Shown: one piece after another, positions 19,827 to 30,700 of the stretch | Layout: the number at the start of each line of letters is the position of its first letter | Position numbering within the stretch: position 1 is the stretch's first letter | Assembly (NCBI GenBank): GCA_963977015.1 | Contig: CAXBMO010000004.1 | Location: 352,001-416,000 of the forward strand | Length of the DNA: 64,000 nt | Direction of reading: 5' to 3' | Source of the DNA: an uncultured bacterium | GTDB lineage: Bacteria > Verrucomicrobiota > Verrucomicrobiia > Verrucomicrobiales > DEV007 | Position numbers and translations under genes: made by a program | Notes under the pieces: model-generated | What the model was told of the DNA's origin: nothing | What the model saw: only the letters and a program-made list of their open reading frames with translations | The model's database searches: none

Positions 19827-20999
19827 ATGCATCCCTGCGCATTCAAATTCTTGGGAATCGCGACTATTTCCCTCCTCCTTGGACTGGTTTCCGCCGTTGG
19901 CGCTCCCGTTGAAATTACCATCACGGGCGAGCGGGGTTTTCCGGTGATGGTCCGTGATTTCAATGGGGAAACAGGCACCCAAGCGACCGAAATCGTGACC
20001 GGGGATCTTTCCCAGGCCGGCTTTTTCCGGTTGATGACCCAAACTGCGGGAGCCTATGTGGTTTCCGGTGAGGCCAAGGCATCCGATTTGGCCGGAAAGC
20101 TCCTCGATCCCAACGGTAGAGTCGTCTTTCAGCGCGCCTATCGTGGAGCCAGCCTCTCGACCCTGGCCCACCGGTTTTCCGATGACGTGGTTCAGGAAAT
20201 TTCCGGCACTCCCGGTATTGCGAGCAGCCAAATCGCCTTTGTCAGCAATAAAACCGGCCGCAAAGAGCTTTACCTTTGCGATTACGACGGGGCGAATCTG
20301 CGACCACTGACGCGGGACAACTCCATCAGCGTGAGCCCCAGCTTCAGCCCCGATGGCCGAACCCTCGCCTACACCAGCTACCTTACCGGTTACGCTGACG
20401 TCTACGTGATCGATCTCCCGACCGGAAAACGCGACCGCATCATCAGCGAACCCGGCACCAATTCCGGAGCTACGTTCTCGCCCGATGGACAAAAACTCGC
20501 CCTGACGATGAGCTTTCCCGGCAATCCGGAGATTTTCACGATTGGCGTGGATGGACGCGGAGCAACGCGCCTGAGCCAGTCCAGAGCAGTGGAATCCTCA
20601 CCAACCTGGTCGCCTGATGGCAAAAAGCTGATTTATGTCTCCGACGCGACCGGAAAACCCCAACTATACCAGATCAACGCCCGCGGGAGCCGACCGGAAC
20701 ACTTGAAGCTGAACTACAGCTACTGCGTCGATCCCGATTGGTCGCCCGACGGCACGCGCATCGCGTTCAACGTCCGCGAGGGCGGCTCCAACCAGGTCGC
20801 GATCCACGATTTCCGAAACAAGGTCACCAAAACGATCACGTCGGGCAGCAACGCGGAAACTCCCGTCTGGGGAGCCAATTCGCGACACCTCATCTACGTC
20901 CAGAGCAATGCCATTTTCCTCCATGACGTGGAGTCCGGCGTACGGCGCGAGGTCGTGAGCGGATTTGGCGATCTCTCCGAGCTCGCTTGGACCCGCTAA
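19827..20999 (+). CDS. tolB: TolB-like beta-propeller (PD40 repeats)
   Basis: LAHRFSDDVV..ISG.PGIA..QIAFV; repeated SPSFSPDG/SPTWSPDG/DPDWSPDG; next to pal. Confidence 0.88.
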   Translation: MHPCAFKFLGIATISLLLGLVSAVGAPVEITITGERGFPVMVRDFNGETGTQATEIVTGDLSQAGFFRLMTQTAGAYVVSGEAKASDLAGKLLDPNGRVVFQRAYRGASLSTLAHRFSDDVVQEISGTPGIASSQIAFVSNKTGRKELYLCDYDGANLRPLTRDNSISVSPSFSPDGRTLAYTSYLTGYADVYVIDLPTGKRDRIISEPGTNSGATFSPDGQKLALTMSFPGNPEIFTIGVDGRGATRLSQSRAVESSPTWSPDGKKLIYVSDATGKPQLYQINARGSRPEHLKLNYSYCVDPDWSPDGTRIAFNVREGGSNQVAIHDFRNKVTKTITSGSNAETPVWGANSRHLIYVQSNAIFLHDVESGVRREVVSGFGDLSELAWTR

Positions 21000-21033
21000 C
21001 CTCTCCTTTTCCCTTTCCCTTACCAATCTCAGC

Positions 21034-21603
21034 ATGAAACCAACTCAGAAACAACTGACCCGGCTCATTCTCGCGACCATGGTCGTCTTGCTCGCTGGAG
21101 GATGTGCAAATCGTCAACGCCGTGCCGATCAAACCGATGCCGAATACGGTTACAGCGGCTACGATGCCTACGACCCATACGCAAACCCCAATGGCAGTGG
21201 ATACGCCGAAGATATCCCCCTGTCCGGACGCCCCGAGGGTGGCGTCAACTTTTACGGCGCGGATGTAAACCGGAACCTCTTTGCGCCGGTCTACTTCGCC
21301 TTCGACGAATACGAGATTTCCAGTGCGGAAGTCGGGAAAGTGCAGCAAATCGCCGATCATCTGCGGATGAATCCCGACAATCTCATCATCGCCGGCCACA
21401 CCGACTTGATCGGGACTTCGGAATACAACCGCAACCTGGGTGAGCTGCGCGCCATCGCGGTTCGCACTGCGCTTTCGCAGTTTGGAGTCGCTTCCGACCG
21501 CATTCACACCGTGAGTTTCGGGGAGGACAACCCGGCTCAGGACGGGGAAAGCGACTCCGCCAATTCCGCCAACCGACGAGCGGAGTTCGGTTTTTACCGG
21601 TAG
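21034..21603 (+). CDS. pal: Peptidoglycan-associated lipoprotein (OmpA domain)
   Basis: Lipobox LAGGC; VYFAFDE, GHTD..GTSEYNRNLGELRA, SFGEDNP, NRRAEF. Confidence 0.88.
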   Translation: MKPTQKQLTRLILATMVVLLAGGCANRQRRADQTDAEYGYSGYDAYDPYANPNGSGYAEDIPLSGRPEGGVNFYGADVNRNLFAPVYFAFDEYEISSAEVGKVQQIADHLRMNPDNLIIAGHTDLIGTSEYNRNLGELRAIAVRTALSQFGVASDRIHTVSFGEDNPAQDGESDSANSANRRAEFGFYR

Positions 21604-21649
21604 ACACGATTGGCAATCCAGGGTCGACACTGCCAATCTTATCAGCAGA

Positions 21650-22483
21650 ATGGACGATCTAATTTGGAGTATTGCCAGCCCGTCTCTCATTACCGATGAA
21701 GATCGCGACGATGTTGCCACCGCCACTTGGGAAGCCGACGAGGTTGATCCCAAGCATCTCAAGGACTTCCTCGAAACGCGCAGCACCTATCGCGTGGGAG
21801 CCTATTTCGAGGACTTGATTCACTATTGGCTCGCCCATGTTCGCAAGGTCGATGTCCTTGCGCACGGCCGGCAGATTCGAGTCGGTAAACAAACCCAGGG
21901 AGAGCTGGACTTTCTCTTTCGGGACGAGCAGGGAATCCTGACGCACTGGGAGACCGCGGTGAAGTTTTTCCTCCACTACCCGGAGGAAAACCCGACCGGC
22001 AGCTTCTACATTGGCCCCAACGCCGCCGATACCCTCGAGCGCAAATCGCGAAAACTCTTCAAGCGGCAACTCCCTCTCAGTGAGCGGATTGACGAAAACG
22101 TGCAAAAGCGGCAAGCCTTCGTCAAAGGCCGGATTTTTTACCACGCCCGGCAGGAAAAGCCGGAGATCCCCAGTGATTTGCTCGCCAAAAACCATCTGCG
22201 CGCAACCTGGATCCGCGATTCGGAGCTGGATTGGCTCGAAGATCCGGCGATCGACGCAGTTCGCGTGATTCACAAACCGCATTGGCTTTCCACGCGGCCG
22301 AATCTCGGCAACGGAGTCGAGTTTACTTCCGTCGACGCTGAGCAAACCCGTCTGCGGGCGCACTTTGCAAAATCCCATCTTCCCAACCTGATTGGCCTCT
22401 ACCAAAAGGCCGGCAACGAGTTCATCGAGACCGATCGCGTCTTCGTCGTCCATCGCGACTGGCCAGAAACTCCAAAAAAGTGA
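21650..22483 (+). CDS. DUF1853 family protein
   Basis: RVGAYFEDL, TQGELDFL, HWETAVKFFL, IGPNAADTL. Confidence 0.8.
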   Translation: MDDLIWSIASPSLITDEDRDDVATATWEADEVDPKHLKDFLETRSTYRVGAYFEDLIHYWLAHVRKVDVLAHGRQIRVGKQTQGELDFLFRDEQGILTHWETAVKFFLHYPEENPTGSFYIGPNAADTLERKSRKLFKRQLPLSERIDENVQKRQAFVKGRIFYHARQEKPEIPSDLLAKNHLRATWIRDSELDWLEDPAIDAVRVIHKPHWLSTRPNLGNGVEFTSVDAEQTRLRAHFAKSHLPNLIGLYQKAGNEFIETDRVFVVHRDWPETPKK

Positions 22484-22555
22484 CTTGCGGTTGAAAACTT
22501 CTCCACTAGCATCCACGTTCTTTGCCCAACGCGAGCAGACATCGTCTCTCTCTTT

Positions 22556-23026
22556 ATGAATCTGGCCGAATTACTCACGGCTGACCAGGTTGTTCCGGAA
22601 CTGAAAAGCACGGAGCATTTGGCAGCAATCGAGGAGTTGGTAGATCACCTCGAGGACAATCATCTGTTGGATGGCACCAATAAATCGGAGGTCCTCGAGC
22701 TGCTCTACCAACGCGAACAGCAGACCAGCACCGGAATAGGTTCCGGTGTTGCGATTCCGCATACCTTTGTCGAGGGACTCCCGGAGGTGGTCGCCGTGTT
22801 TGGCCGATCCAAGGAGGGCATCGAATTTTGTGCGCTGGACAATGCTCCCGTCTTTTTCGTGGTGCTCTTCATCGTTCCGCAAGCCAAGTATCACACCCAT
22901 CTCCGCACGCTTGCGGCAATCGCCAAGATGTTTAACAGCACAGAAATCCGGTCCCAACTTAGCAGCGCAGAATCCCCGGAGGAAATTCTCCAGATTCTCG
23001 CGAAAAAGTCCGAGGGCCGCTGCTAG
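22556..23026 (+). CDS. PTS EIIA component (nitrogen-regulatory/fructose type)
   Basis: REQQTSTGIGSGVAIPH, LDNAPV, HLRTLAAIA. Confidence 0.9.
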   Translation: MNLAELLTADQVVPELKSTEHLAAIEELVDHLEDNHLLDGTNKSEVLELLYQREQQTSTGIGSGVAIPHTFVEGLPEVVAVFGRSKEGIEFCALDNAPVFFVVLFIVPQAKYHTHLRTLAAIAKMFNSTEIRSQLSSAESPEEILQILAKKSEGRC

Positions 23027-23035
23027 ACGAACCCC

Positions 23036-24811
23036 GTGACTTTTCCCTCGATTCTCCAATCCCGCGTCGCTGACGCCATCGCCAAGACGTCCAAAGCCGA
23101 CGATCTGCCGGATGGCTTCTCCGTCGATGTTGTGTCGACCCAGGATCCCAAGTTTGGCGATTACCAGTGCAATGCCGCGATGGTGTTGGCCAAACGCCTC
23201 AAAACGAATCCCCGCGCGTTTGCCGCCGAGGTCGTTGAGCTCCTCGATGCCGATGACCTGATCGAAACGCCGGAGATCGCCGGCCCCGGCTTCCTGAATT
23301 TCCGCCTCAAACCCGAGGTCATCGCGAACCGATTGCTCGAACTGGTTCAGGACGAACGCCTTGGCGTTCCGCTCGTTGAGAATCCGCAGACGATCGTCAT
23401 CGATTTCAGCGCCCCAAACGTCGCCAAGCAGATGCACGTCGGGCACATTCGCTCGACCATCATTGGCGATTGCCTGGCCCGGGTATCGCGTTTTCTCGGT
23501 CACAACGTCATCACCGATAACCACATCGGCGATTGGGGAACCCAGTTTGGGATGATTCTCTACGGCTGGAAGAATCTGCTCGATGAGGAGGGGTTGAAAC
23601 AGGATCCCATCGTCGAGTTGCTGCGCGTTTACAAAGCGGTCAACGTGGAAACCAAGGACGACGAGAGCATCCTCGATTTGTGCCGCGAAGAACTGGTGAA
23701 GCTCCAGCAGGGCGACGCCGAGAATCTGGAAATCTGGAAGAAGTGCGTCGAGCTTTCCCTTCAGGGTCTCGCCAAAATCTACGATCAGCTCGACATCCGC
23801 TTCGATCATTTCCTCGGCGAAAGCTTCTACAACGACGCGCTCCAACCACTCGTCGAGGAACTGAAGGAAAAGGGAATCGCCACGGAAAGCGACGGCGCGA
23901 TCTGCGTTTTCTCCGACAACTCCGCAAAGCCGGAAAACGATCCGCTCAAGATCCAGAAGGACGGAGAATGGCGCGACATCCCCTGCATGATCCAAAAGAG
24001 CGACGGCGGGTTCAACTACGCCACGACCGATCTCGCGACGATCGATTACCGCGTGAACGAATGGAACGCCGACCAAATCTGGTATGTCGTCGGCGCTCCG
24101 CAGCAACTCCACTTTCGCCAGGTGTTCGAGGTCACCCGCATGCGCGGCCAAAACCCGAATCTGGTTCATGTCGCCTTCGGCAGCATCCTCGGCAAAGACC
24201 GCAAGATGTTCAAAACGCGCTCCGGCCAGAGCGTCGGACTTCAGGAAGTTCTCACAGAATCGATCGAACGGGCCGCCGCCTTTCTCGATGCGCGCGAAGC
24301 GGAAGACGACAAATTCACCCTTCCGGCTGAGGAGAAGCCCAAGGTGGCCCAGGTCATCGGGATCAGCAGCGTGAAGTACGCGGAGCTTTCCCAGGGAAGA
24401 ATGACCGACTACATTTTCGACTGGGACAAGATGCTGTCGCTGAAAGGCAACACCGCGCCGTATCTTCTCTACAGCTATGTCCGAACGCGCGGGATCTTCC
24501 GCAAACTGGATCAGGATTTTGTGCTGCCGGCTGAAGCGGAGATCACCGAACCCGCGGAACGCATTCTCGCGATGGCGTTGCTCCGGTTCGGCGAAATCGT
24601 TCCCGATGTCCTCAACGATCATCGCCCGAACGTCCTCGCCGCCTACCTCTACGATCTCGCCAAAGCGTATCACAGCTTCTTCCAGGCGTGCCACGTCCTG
24701 AGCGCCGAGGGAACGACGCGCGAGACCCGTCTCCTGCTCTGCGAAGCCACGTCCCGCGTTCTGCAAAAGGGGCTCGGCCTTCTCGGCATCGAGACGATCG
24801 AGCGCATGTAG
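23036..24811 (+). CDS. argS: Arginine--tRNA ligase
   Basis: FGDYQCN, AGPGFLN, DFSAPNVAKQMHVGHIRSTIIG, NHIGDWGTQFG, FKTRSG, GNTAPYLLY, ERM*. Confidence 0.98.
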   Translation: MTFPSILQSRVADAIAKTSKADDLPDGFSVDVVSTQDPKFGDYQCNAAMVLAKRLKTNPRAFAAEVVELLDADDLIETPEIAGPGFLNFRLKPEVIANRLLELVQDERLGVPLVENPQTIVIDFSAPNVAKQMHVGHIRSTIIGDCLARVSRFLGHNVITDNHIGDWGTQFGMILYGWKNLLDEEGLKQDPIVELLRVYKAVNVETKDDESILDLCREELVKLQQGDAENLEIWKKCVELSLQGLAKIYDQLDIRFDHFLGESFYNDALQPLVEELKEKGIATESDGAICVFSDNSAKPENDPLKIQKDGEWRDIPCMIQKSDGGFNYATTDLATIDYRVNEWNADQIWYVVGAPQQLHFRQVFEVTRMRGQNPNLVHVAFGSILGKDRKMFKTRSGQSVGLQEVLTESIERAAAFLDAREAEDDKFTLPAEEKPKVAQVIGISSVKYAELSQGRMTDYIFDWDKMLSLKGNTAPYLLYSYVRTRGIFRKLDQDFVLPAEAEITEPAERILAMALLRFGEIVPDVLNDHRPNVLAAYLYDLAKAYHSFFQACHVLSAEGTTRETRLLLCEATSRVLQKGLGLLGIETIERM

Positions 24812-24869
24812 TCGGTTGATTGACGGGAGTTTTGGCCAACGGACGTCCAACGAGCTATCCGTGATTTCC

Positions 24870-26567
24870 ATGGCTCGATTTTCCACTCTCCTCCTTTTTT
24901 GGCTGACGGCGACGCTGGCTCGTGCCGAAAGCGCGGAGTTCCCAATTCACCTCGCGCCCGATTCGCCGCCTCTGACGCAGGCGGGCGTGCCCCAGCTCCA
25001 TGAATCGGTCGATCAGGCGCTTCACGCGGAAGATGGCCTCGCCTTCAACCCGGAGACGCCGTTCCAATGGGCTCATCTTGCATCGACACCAGCTCAGCAT
25101 CTTTCGTTTACGGCAGCGGCCGATTCCGAGCTTTACGATCACGCCACGCTCACGGTTTGGAACTGGCACAATCGCCCCGTCGCCCAACACCAGTTTGCAC
25201 CCGGAGAACCGGCGATCTTCAAGATCGCTGTGCACGGACTGGGAACCTATCAGGTTACGATCGATGGTTGTCGGAACGATCAAATCGTCAAACGCCGCGT
25301 TCGCAGCTTTGCCGTTACGGAGGATCTGAACGCCGCGCGCGAAACCTGGAAAACCGATGAGTTCTTCCTCGGCGTCTGCGCGTTTCCCGGCCGCTATCAT
25401 TGGTCCTTCAAGGGCAACCCCACGCTGCCCTCAGAACTCACCGAAGATCAGGCGCGTCAACTGGAGGCGACGCTGTTGGCGCGGCTCGGGTTTCAGGTCG
25501 TTCGACCCGATGAATCGCTTGAGATGGGCTTTCAGAATGGATCGTATCAGTTCGATGGGAAGCGGATGGATGCCGCCGTCGAGGCCTATACGTCGCGAGG
25601 ATTGCAATTGGCGCTTCAACTGATGAACGCGCCGGACTGGGCGATTGCCAACCGTTACGCTGATGTCGAAACGAACCTCTGGCGTTATCCGCGCGAAGAA
25701 GCGCATCAACGACACTACGTCCGAGAGCTGCTGCGGCGCTATGGAACCAACGCGCGGTTCATCCAGATCTTTAACGAGCCGGATCAGAAAGCGTTCTGGT
25801 CCGGGACACCTCAGGAATACGTCGCCCAGTTTCAATATACGACCGACGAAATCCGGAACGTCGATCCCGAGAAACCGATCGTGAACGGCGGCTACTCGCT
25901 CGTCGATCTGGACCGCACGCAAACCTTCGTCGAAGCGCTTCACGACGATGTCGACATGGTTGCCTATCACTCACACGGAAGTCTGCTCGACCTGAAAGAG
26001 GACGTCGCCATCATGAAGTCGCTTCACCGGCAAGCGGGATTGCCGATGCCGCGACTGGTCAATACGGAAATGGGGTATGACGGCTGGCGGCTCGATCAGG
26101 AACGCCGCAAGGGACAAATCGTGCCGCAAAAGACGCTCTACTGTTGGAAGTCCGGCCACGCCGGAGCGCTGCTGTTCGGCGGACGCATGACGCTCGGCCC
26201 TCGACGCACCAATCAGGACTTCGGCTTTCTCGATCACCACTTCTGTCCCCGCTTCGTTTATGGCTCCGTCGCCGCGCTGGTTTCCGTTCTGCAGGGAGCA
26301 CCCTATCATTCCACACTTCAGGAAACGGACGAGCTCTTCGTCTACCAGTTTCACCGGGACGAACAACGCATTCTCGCCGCCTTCACCCTCCGCGAAAGCG
26401 GAAGTCTCCACATCCAAAGCGATGCGGAGTCCGGAGAGCTGATCGATGAAATGGGGAATCGAACCCCAATCGATGATCCGCAGAACTTCCAGCTCAGCCT
26501 AACGGGTTACCCTCGTTACGTGATCCTGAACAACGCGACTTCCGTCACCAGCAACGCGGATCACTAG
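24870..26567 (+). CDS. Secreted clan GH-A glycoside hydrolase (GH39/GH5-like)
   Basis: Signal peptide; IFNEPD acid/base motif; AYHSH; VNTEMG nucleophile. Confidence 0.75.
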   Translation: MARFSTLLLFWLTATLARAESAEFPIHLAPDSPPLTQAGVPQLHESVDQALHAEDGLAFNPETPFQWAHLASTPAQHLSFTAAADSELYDHATLTVWNWHNRPVAQHQFAPGEPAIFKIAVHGLGTYQVTIDGCRNDQIVKRRVRSFAVTEDLNAARETWKTDEFFLGVCAFPGRYHWSFKGNPTLPSELTEDQARQLEATLLARLGFQVVRPDESLEMGFQNGSYQFDGKRMDAAVEAYTSRGLQLALQLMNAPDWAIANRYADVETNLWRYPREEAHQRHYVRELLRRYGTNARFIQIFNEPDQKAFWSGTPQEYVAQFQYTTDEIRNVDPEKPIVNGGYSLVDLDRTQTFVEALHDDVDMVAYHSHGSLLDLKEDVAIMKSLHRQAGLPMPRLVNTEMGYDGWRLDQERRKGQIVPQKTLYCWKSGHAGALLFGGRMTLGPRRTNQDFGFLDHHFCPRFVYGSVAALVSVLQGAPYHSTLQETDELFVYQFHRDEQRILAAFTLRESGSLHIQSDAESGELIDEMGNRTPIDDPQNFQLSLTGYPRYVILNNATSVTSNADH

Positions 26568-27943
26568 CCAAGGGCGGGAGGCGCGAAACCTTCCCGGTAG
26601 CTGCGGGACAGAATCGTGTTGTTCGCTTCTTCATGATTGGTGAAGCGGTAGTTCGCTCCGTCCCAACGCAATTCCTGTCCCGGATAACGTGTCGCTTTCG
26701 TCGCGAGCAAAGCGGGCTCGGTAATCCGGGTTCCGATATCAAACGGGGTCCACAGCGGCTTCTCGTTTCCGAGGCAGCAGTCGGCCCAGTCCTTCCAATG
26801 ATTCCGGGGAGCGACTTCCGGTTTTGGCTCATCTTCAACCAGCTTTCCGTTGCGGTAGATCTCCATCATTCCACCCGGCTCCAGCAAGAGCGCTCCCTCT
26901 TCGCAAACGATCATGGTGCAACTGCCCTTGATTCCCGAAACCGGCAGGCCCAGCGCCGCGAACGAAGGCCGAACGCCACTGTCATTGTATTGCACGGTGA
27001 ACTTCTTCCGGGCGAATCCTTCGCCGCCAGCATAGGTCAGCGTGCTGAGGTTGTATCCCGAATGCCCATCCCCTGCGGCCTTGATCGTGTTGGTCTGGAC
27101 CGCTTCCGGCGACGGCAGATCGTAGGCGAAATATAATACATCCAGAAGGTGGCAACCCCAGTCGGCCAACATCCCACCGCCCGTCTCCCAATAGGAGCGC
27201 CAGCGGCGCGGCGCCATGTCTTCACTGTAATTCATCGCCTTCGTCAGCGGACCATTCCAGAGGTCCCAGTTCATCGTCTCCGGCACGGGCTTGGCCTCGG
27301 GAAGGGAACTCCACGGATCCACAAAGTAGGTGCCGTATTTCATTCCCCCCGTCCAGATAAAGGCTTCCACGGGACGCCCCAATTGGTTCGACTTCAGAAT
27401 CTCGACCGCCTGCATCCGTCCGTTGGTGCAGGCCCGCTGATTGCCCATTTGCGTGAACAGGCTGGGATTCGCGGCGAGTGCTTCGCGGATCAATCGCAAC
27501 TCGTCGAGCTGATGGACGAGCGGCTTCTGCCCGTAAACATGCTTTCCGTGATTCAGCGCCGTCACCATCATGGGGGCGTGATGGAAGTCCGGTGTATCGA
27601 CAATCACCGCGTCAAACTCATCGACGCGATCCGCAAACGCTTCCCGGTAATCGGCAACCCGAAACGTGTCCGGGTGATCCGTGTCGACTTTGCTGAACGC
27701 GGTCGCGTCAACGTCACAAAACCCGGCAAACTCGACCATGGGATGTCCCTTGAGCCCGTTTCGCTGCATCCCGCCAATTCCGCCAACGCCAATCTGGAAA
27801 ATGCGAAGTCGGCTGTTCTTGTTCGTCGCCGCGCGAAGGGTCGCGGATGGCATCGCCGCAGCGGCCGCACCCACGACTGCACTGGTTTTGAGAAATTGGC
27901 GACGACTTGAGGAAAGGGAATTCGTAGGGGTTTCCGAGTTCAT
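26564..27943 (-). CDS. Tat-exported Gfo/Idh/MocA oxidoreductase
   Basis: SRRQFLK Tat motif; IGVGGIG, TPDFHHA, KHVYGQKPL, DWGCH. Confidence 0.9.
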   Translation of the reverse strand: MNSETPTNSLSSSRRQFLKTSAVVGAAAAAMPSATLRAATNKNSRLRIFQIGVGGIGGMQRNGLKGHPMVEFAGFCDVDATAFSKVDTDHPDTFRVADYREAFADRVDEFDAVIVDTPDFHHAPMMVTALNHGKHVYGQKPLVHQLDELRLIREALAANPSLFTQMGNQRACTNGRMQAVEILKSNQLGRPVEAFIWTGGMKYGTYFVDPWSSLPEAKPVPETMNWDLWNGPLTKAMNYSEDMAPRRWRSYWETGGGMLADWGCHLLDVLYFAYDLPSPEAVQTNTIKAAGDGHSGYNLSTLTYAGGEGFARKKFTVQYNDSGVRPSFAALGLPVSGIKGSCTMIVCEEGALLLEPGGMMEIYRNGKLVEDEPKPEVAPRNHWKDWADCCLGNEKPLWTPFDIGTRITEPALLATKATRYPGQELRWDGANYRFTNHEEANNTILSRSYREGFAPPALG

Positions 27944-28028
27944 AGACACCCAGTCTAGAACGCAATTTTTGCGCATGCTACCCGAAACCACGATTTTACT
28001 CGGGAGCCAGTGCTTCGGCCTTTGCCGC

Positions 28029-30143
28029 CTATTTGACGTCCATTTCCAACTCGCGGGCGAGGAAACTCCACTTATCGACAATCTCCTCGATCTGCTTCGA
28101 CGTCGGCTTGCCCGCCCCGTGACCAGCCTTGGTTTCAATGCGCATGAGAACCGGTTCTTCGCCGATTTGGACGTGTTGAAGCGCCGCGCCGAATTTGAAA
28201 CTGTGAGCCGGAAAAACGCGATCATCGTGATCGGCAGTGGTGATCAACGTCGCGGGATACGCGACGGCTGACTGCACCCGGTGATAGGGCGAATACTCCA
28301 ACAATGCCGGGAACTCGTCCGCGTTGTCGGGATCGCCAAAGTCTTCGGTCCAGGCCCAACCAATCGTAAACTTGTGAAAGCGCAGCATGTCGAAAACCCC
28401 GACTTGAGCAATCGCAGCTCCATACAGTTCCGGACGTTGATTGATGCAGGCCCCAACCAGCAACCCGCCATTGCTTCCACCTCCGATCGCCAGCTTCTCG
28501 GTCTTGGTATAACCTTCCGAAATCAGAAACTCCGCCGCAGCCTGAAAGTCATCAAAAACATTCTGCTTCTGATCCTTGGTTCCGGCCAAGTGCCAGGCTT
28601 CACCATACTCTCCCCCACCCCGCAGGTTTGCGACCGCATAGACGCCTCCCATCTCCAACCACGTGGCAATGGATGTCGAATAGTAGGGCGTGAGGGATAT
28701 GTTGAACCCGCCGTAGCCATATAAATAGGTGGGATGACTCCCATCGAGTTCCAGATCCTTCCGGCAGGTCACGAACATCGGGATCTTCGTTCCATCGTTG
28801 CTTGGATAAAACACCTGGCGGGTCTCGAAAAGGTCCGCCTCGAAATCGACGTCGGGCTTCGCAAACAATTCGCTGGTTCCCGATTCGATCTTGTAGCGGT
28901 GAACCGACCCCGGCTCCGTATAGCCCGAATAGTAGTAGAACAGATCCCGGGTATCTCGTTTCCCTCCAAATCCCCAGATGGACCCCACGCCGGGAAGCTT
29001 GATCTTCTTCACCAGGTTTCCAGACAAATCATGGACCTGAACCCGCGCCAGAACGTCGACCATGTAGGTCGCGTAAAGGTGATTCCCAATCAGGTTCACA
29101 TCGTCGAGCGGATAGTCCGACTCCGGCAGGATTTCTTTGGGCGCCTGATCCGGATTCTCCGTATCAATGGAGATCACGCGTCCATTGGGCGCATTCAGAT
29201 TGGTCTTGAAATAGAATATGGCGCCATCGTTTCCAAGGATGCTGTATTCGTCTTCAATGTCCGGAATCAATTCCACAAACGGCGCCTCGGCTCCAGCCTC
29301 CAGATCCCGGTAAATCAGCGCATTCTTGTCTCCAGAAGATTCCCAGACGGAAAGGGTCAGATACTTCCCATCCTCGGTGACCCACGATGAAAAGCCCCAC
29401 TTCGAATGATCCGGACGCTCATAGACAAGTTGATCATCCGCCTGGGCATCGCCAACGCGGTGAAAGTAGACTTTCTGGTTGAGGTTCACCGCCTCCAGTT
29501 CCTCCTCGTTCTCAATTTCCGGATACCGGCTGTAGTAGAATCCGCTCCCATCACGAGCCCACGACGCTCCGGAAAACTTGATCCATTCGAGGTGGTCGTC
29601 GAGATCTTTCGCGGTCTCGACATCGCGAACCTTCCACGTCATCCAATCCGATCCAGCTTCGGAAAGTCCGTAGGCCAGATACTTCCCGTCATCGCTTACA
29701 CTCCAACCGGAAAGCGACACCGTCCCATCTTCCGAGAGCGTGTTCGGATCGAGAAGAAGCTGGAGTTCCGCTCCCGGCGCATCTTCCTGCCAAAACAAGA
29801 TCGACTGATTTTGAAGCCCGGTCTTCCGGGTATAAAACAGACGGTTTCCGACCTTGCGCGGCAGACCGTATTTATCGTAGTCCCACAACTCGGTGAGCCG
29901 CTTCTCGATCCATTCGCGGCCGGGAGCTTCCGCGAAATAGGAATCGGCCAGTTCGTTCTGAGCCGCGACCCAGGCCTTGGTTTCCTCGGAATCGACGTCT
30001 TCCAGCCAACGATACGGATCGGCCACACGTCGCCCGTGGATTTCATCGATGTGCTCCAGCCGTGTCGCGTCCGGATAATTCCAAGTTTGTGCCATCAGGG
30101 TAACTGGAGCCAGGAAACCGAGTATCACAGGGGCTAATTTCAT
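28029..30143 (-). CDS. Prolyl oligopeptidase (S9A)
   Basis: DPYRWLED, YGYGGFN, NLRGGGEYG, GGSNGGLL, DHDDRV, AGHGAGKP. Confidence 0.96.
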   Translation of the reverse strand: MKLAPVILGFLAPVTLMAQTWNYPDATRLEHIDEIHGRRVADPYRWLEDVDSEETKAWVAAQNELADSYFAEAPGREWIEKRLTELWDYDKYGLPRKVGNRLFYTRKTGLQNQSILFWQEDAPGAELQLLLDPNTLSEDGTVSLSGWSVSDDGKYLAYGLSEAGSDWMTWKVRDVETAKDLDDHLEWIKFSGASWARDGSGFYYSRYPEIENEEELEAVNLNQKVYFHRVGDAQADDQLVYERPDHSKWGFSSWVTEDGKYLTLSVWESSGDKNALIYRDLEAGAEAPFVELIPDIEDEYSILGNDGAIFYFKTNLNAPNGRVISIDTENPDQAPKEILPESDYPLDDVNLIGNHLYATYMVDVLARVQVHDLSGNLVKKIKLPGVGSIWGFGGKRDTRDLFYYYSGYTEPGSVHRYKIESGTSELFAKPDVDFEADLFETRQVFYPSNDGTKIPMFVTCRKDLELDGSHPTYLYGYGGFNISLTPYYSTSIATWLEMGGVYAVANLRGGGEYGEAWHLAGTKDQKQNVFDDFQAAAEFLISEGYTKTEKLAIGGGSNGGLLVGACINQRPELYGAAIAQVGVFDMLRFHKFTIGWAWTEDFGDPDNADEFPALLEYSPYHRVQSAVAYPATLITTADHDDRVFPAHSFKFGAALQHVQIGEEPVLMRIETKAGHGAGKPTSKQIEEIVDKWSFLARELEMDVK

Positions 30144-30246
30144 ACGCTGTCACCGGTATACGGATGGACCGAGCTTCGCAAACACAACCCCGACCTGGGT
30201 TTTTTGCCAGATCGCTTTTCTCCCGGTCTCCCGACCTCGGATTCGA

Positions 30247-30633
30247 TTAGAGATGCTTGCTCAGCTTGTCGACGAGGACCGTTTTGGGCACCGCTCCCTT
30301 AATCTCCTCAACCACTTTGCCGTCCTTGAAAATCTTGAGATTGGGGATCGAGCGAATGCGATAGGATCTTGCCAGCGTTTTCTGTTGATCGATATTCACC
30401 TTCCCCACAATCAGCTTCCCATCATACTCAGCAGCGAGCTCTTCGATCGCCGGAGCAATCCGCTTGCAGGGACCACACCACGCAGCCCAGAAGTCGATCA
30501 AGACCGGCTGACCACTGGCGAGGATCTCGTCAATATTCTCCGCGGTGATGGTAATCGGCTTGCTGGATTCCTCAGCAAAGGAGAGCAGCGGAAGAACAAA
30601 GACGGATGCGATGAGTAGTAATTTCGAATTCAT
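30247..30633 (-). CDS. Thioredoxin with signal peptide
   Basis: DFWAAWCGPCK; IRSIP; N-terminal signal peptide. Confidence 0.92.
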   Translation of the reverse strand: MNSKLLLIASVFVLPLLSFAEESSKPITITAENIDEILASGQPVLIDFWAAWCGPCKRIAPAIEELAAEYDGKLIVGKVNIDQQKTLARSYRIRSIPNLKIFKDGKVVEEIKGAVPKTVLVDKLSKHL

Positions 30634-30700
30634 AGGTAGAGATGCACCCTTGGACGTTTTAGACGAAAAATCCTGACAAACTTCCGAAAGTTTTTGCCAT

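Noticed and set aside
22571-24886. 771-aa minus-strand ORF (also 32388-34340, 12574-14067, 37036-38424, 60077-61552, 7843-9123)
   Set aside because: Antisense shadows of well-supported genes, expected with GC-rich codon bias; no recognisable motifs.
27944-28225. Long N-terminal extensions in the ORF track (also 11581, 15196, 18007, 36994, 41824, 53494)
   Set aside because: They overlap neighbours or intergenic DNA; downstream ATGs give proper signal peptides or family N-termini.
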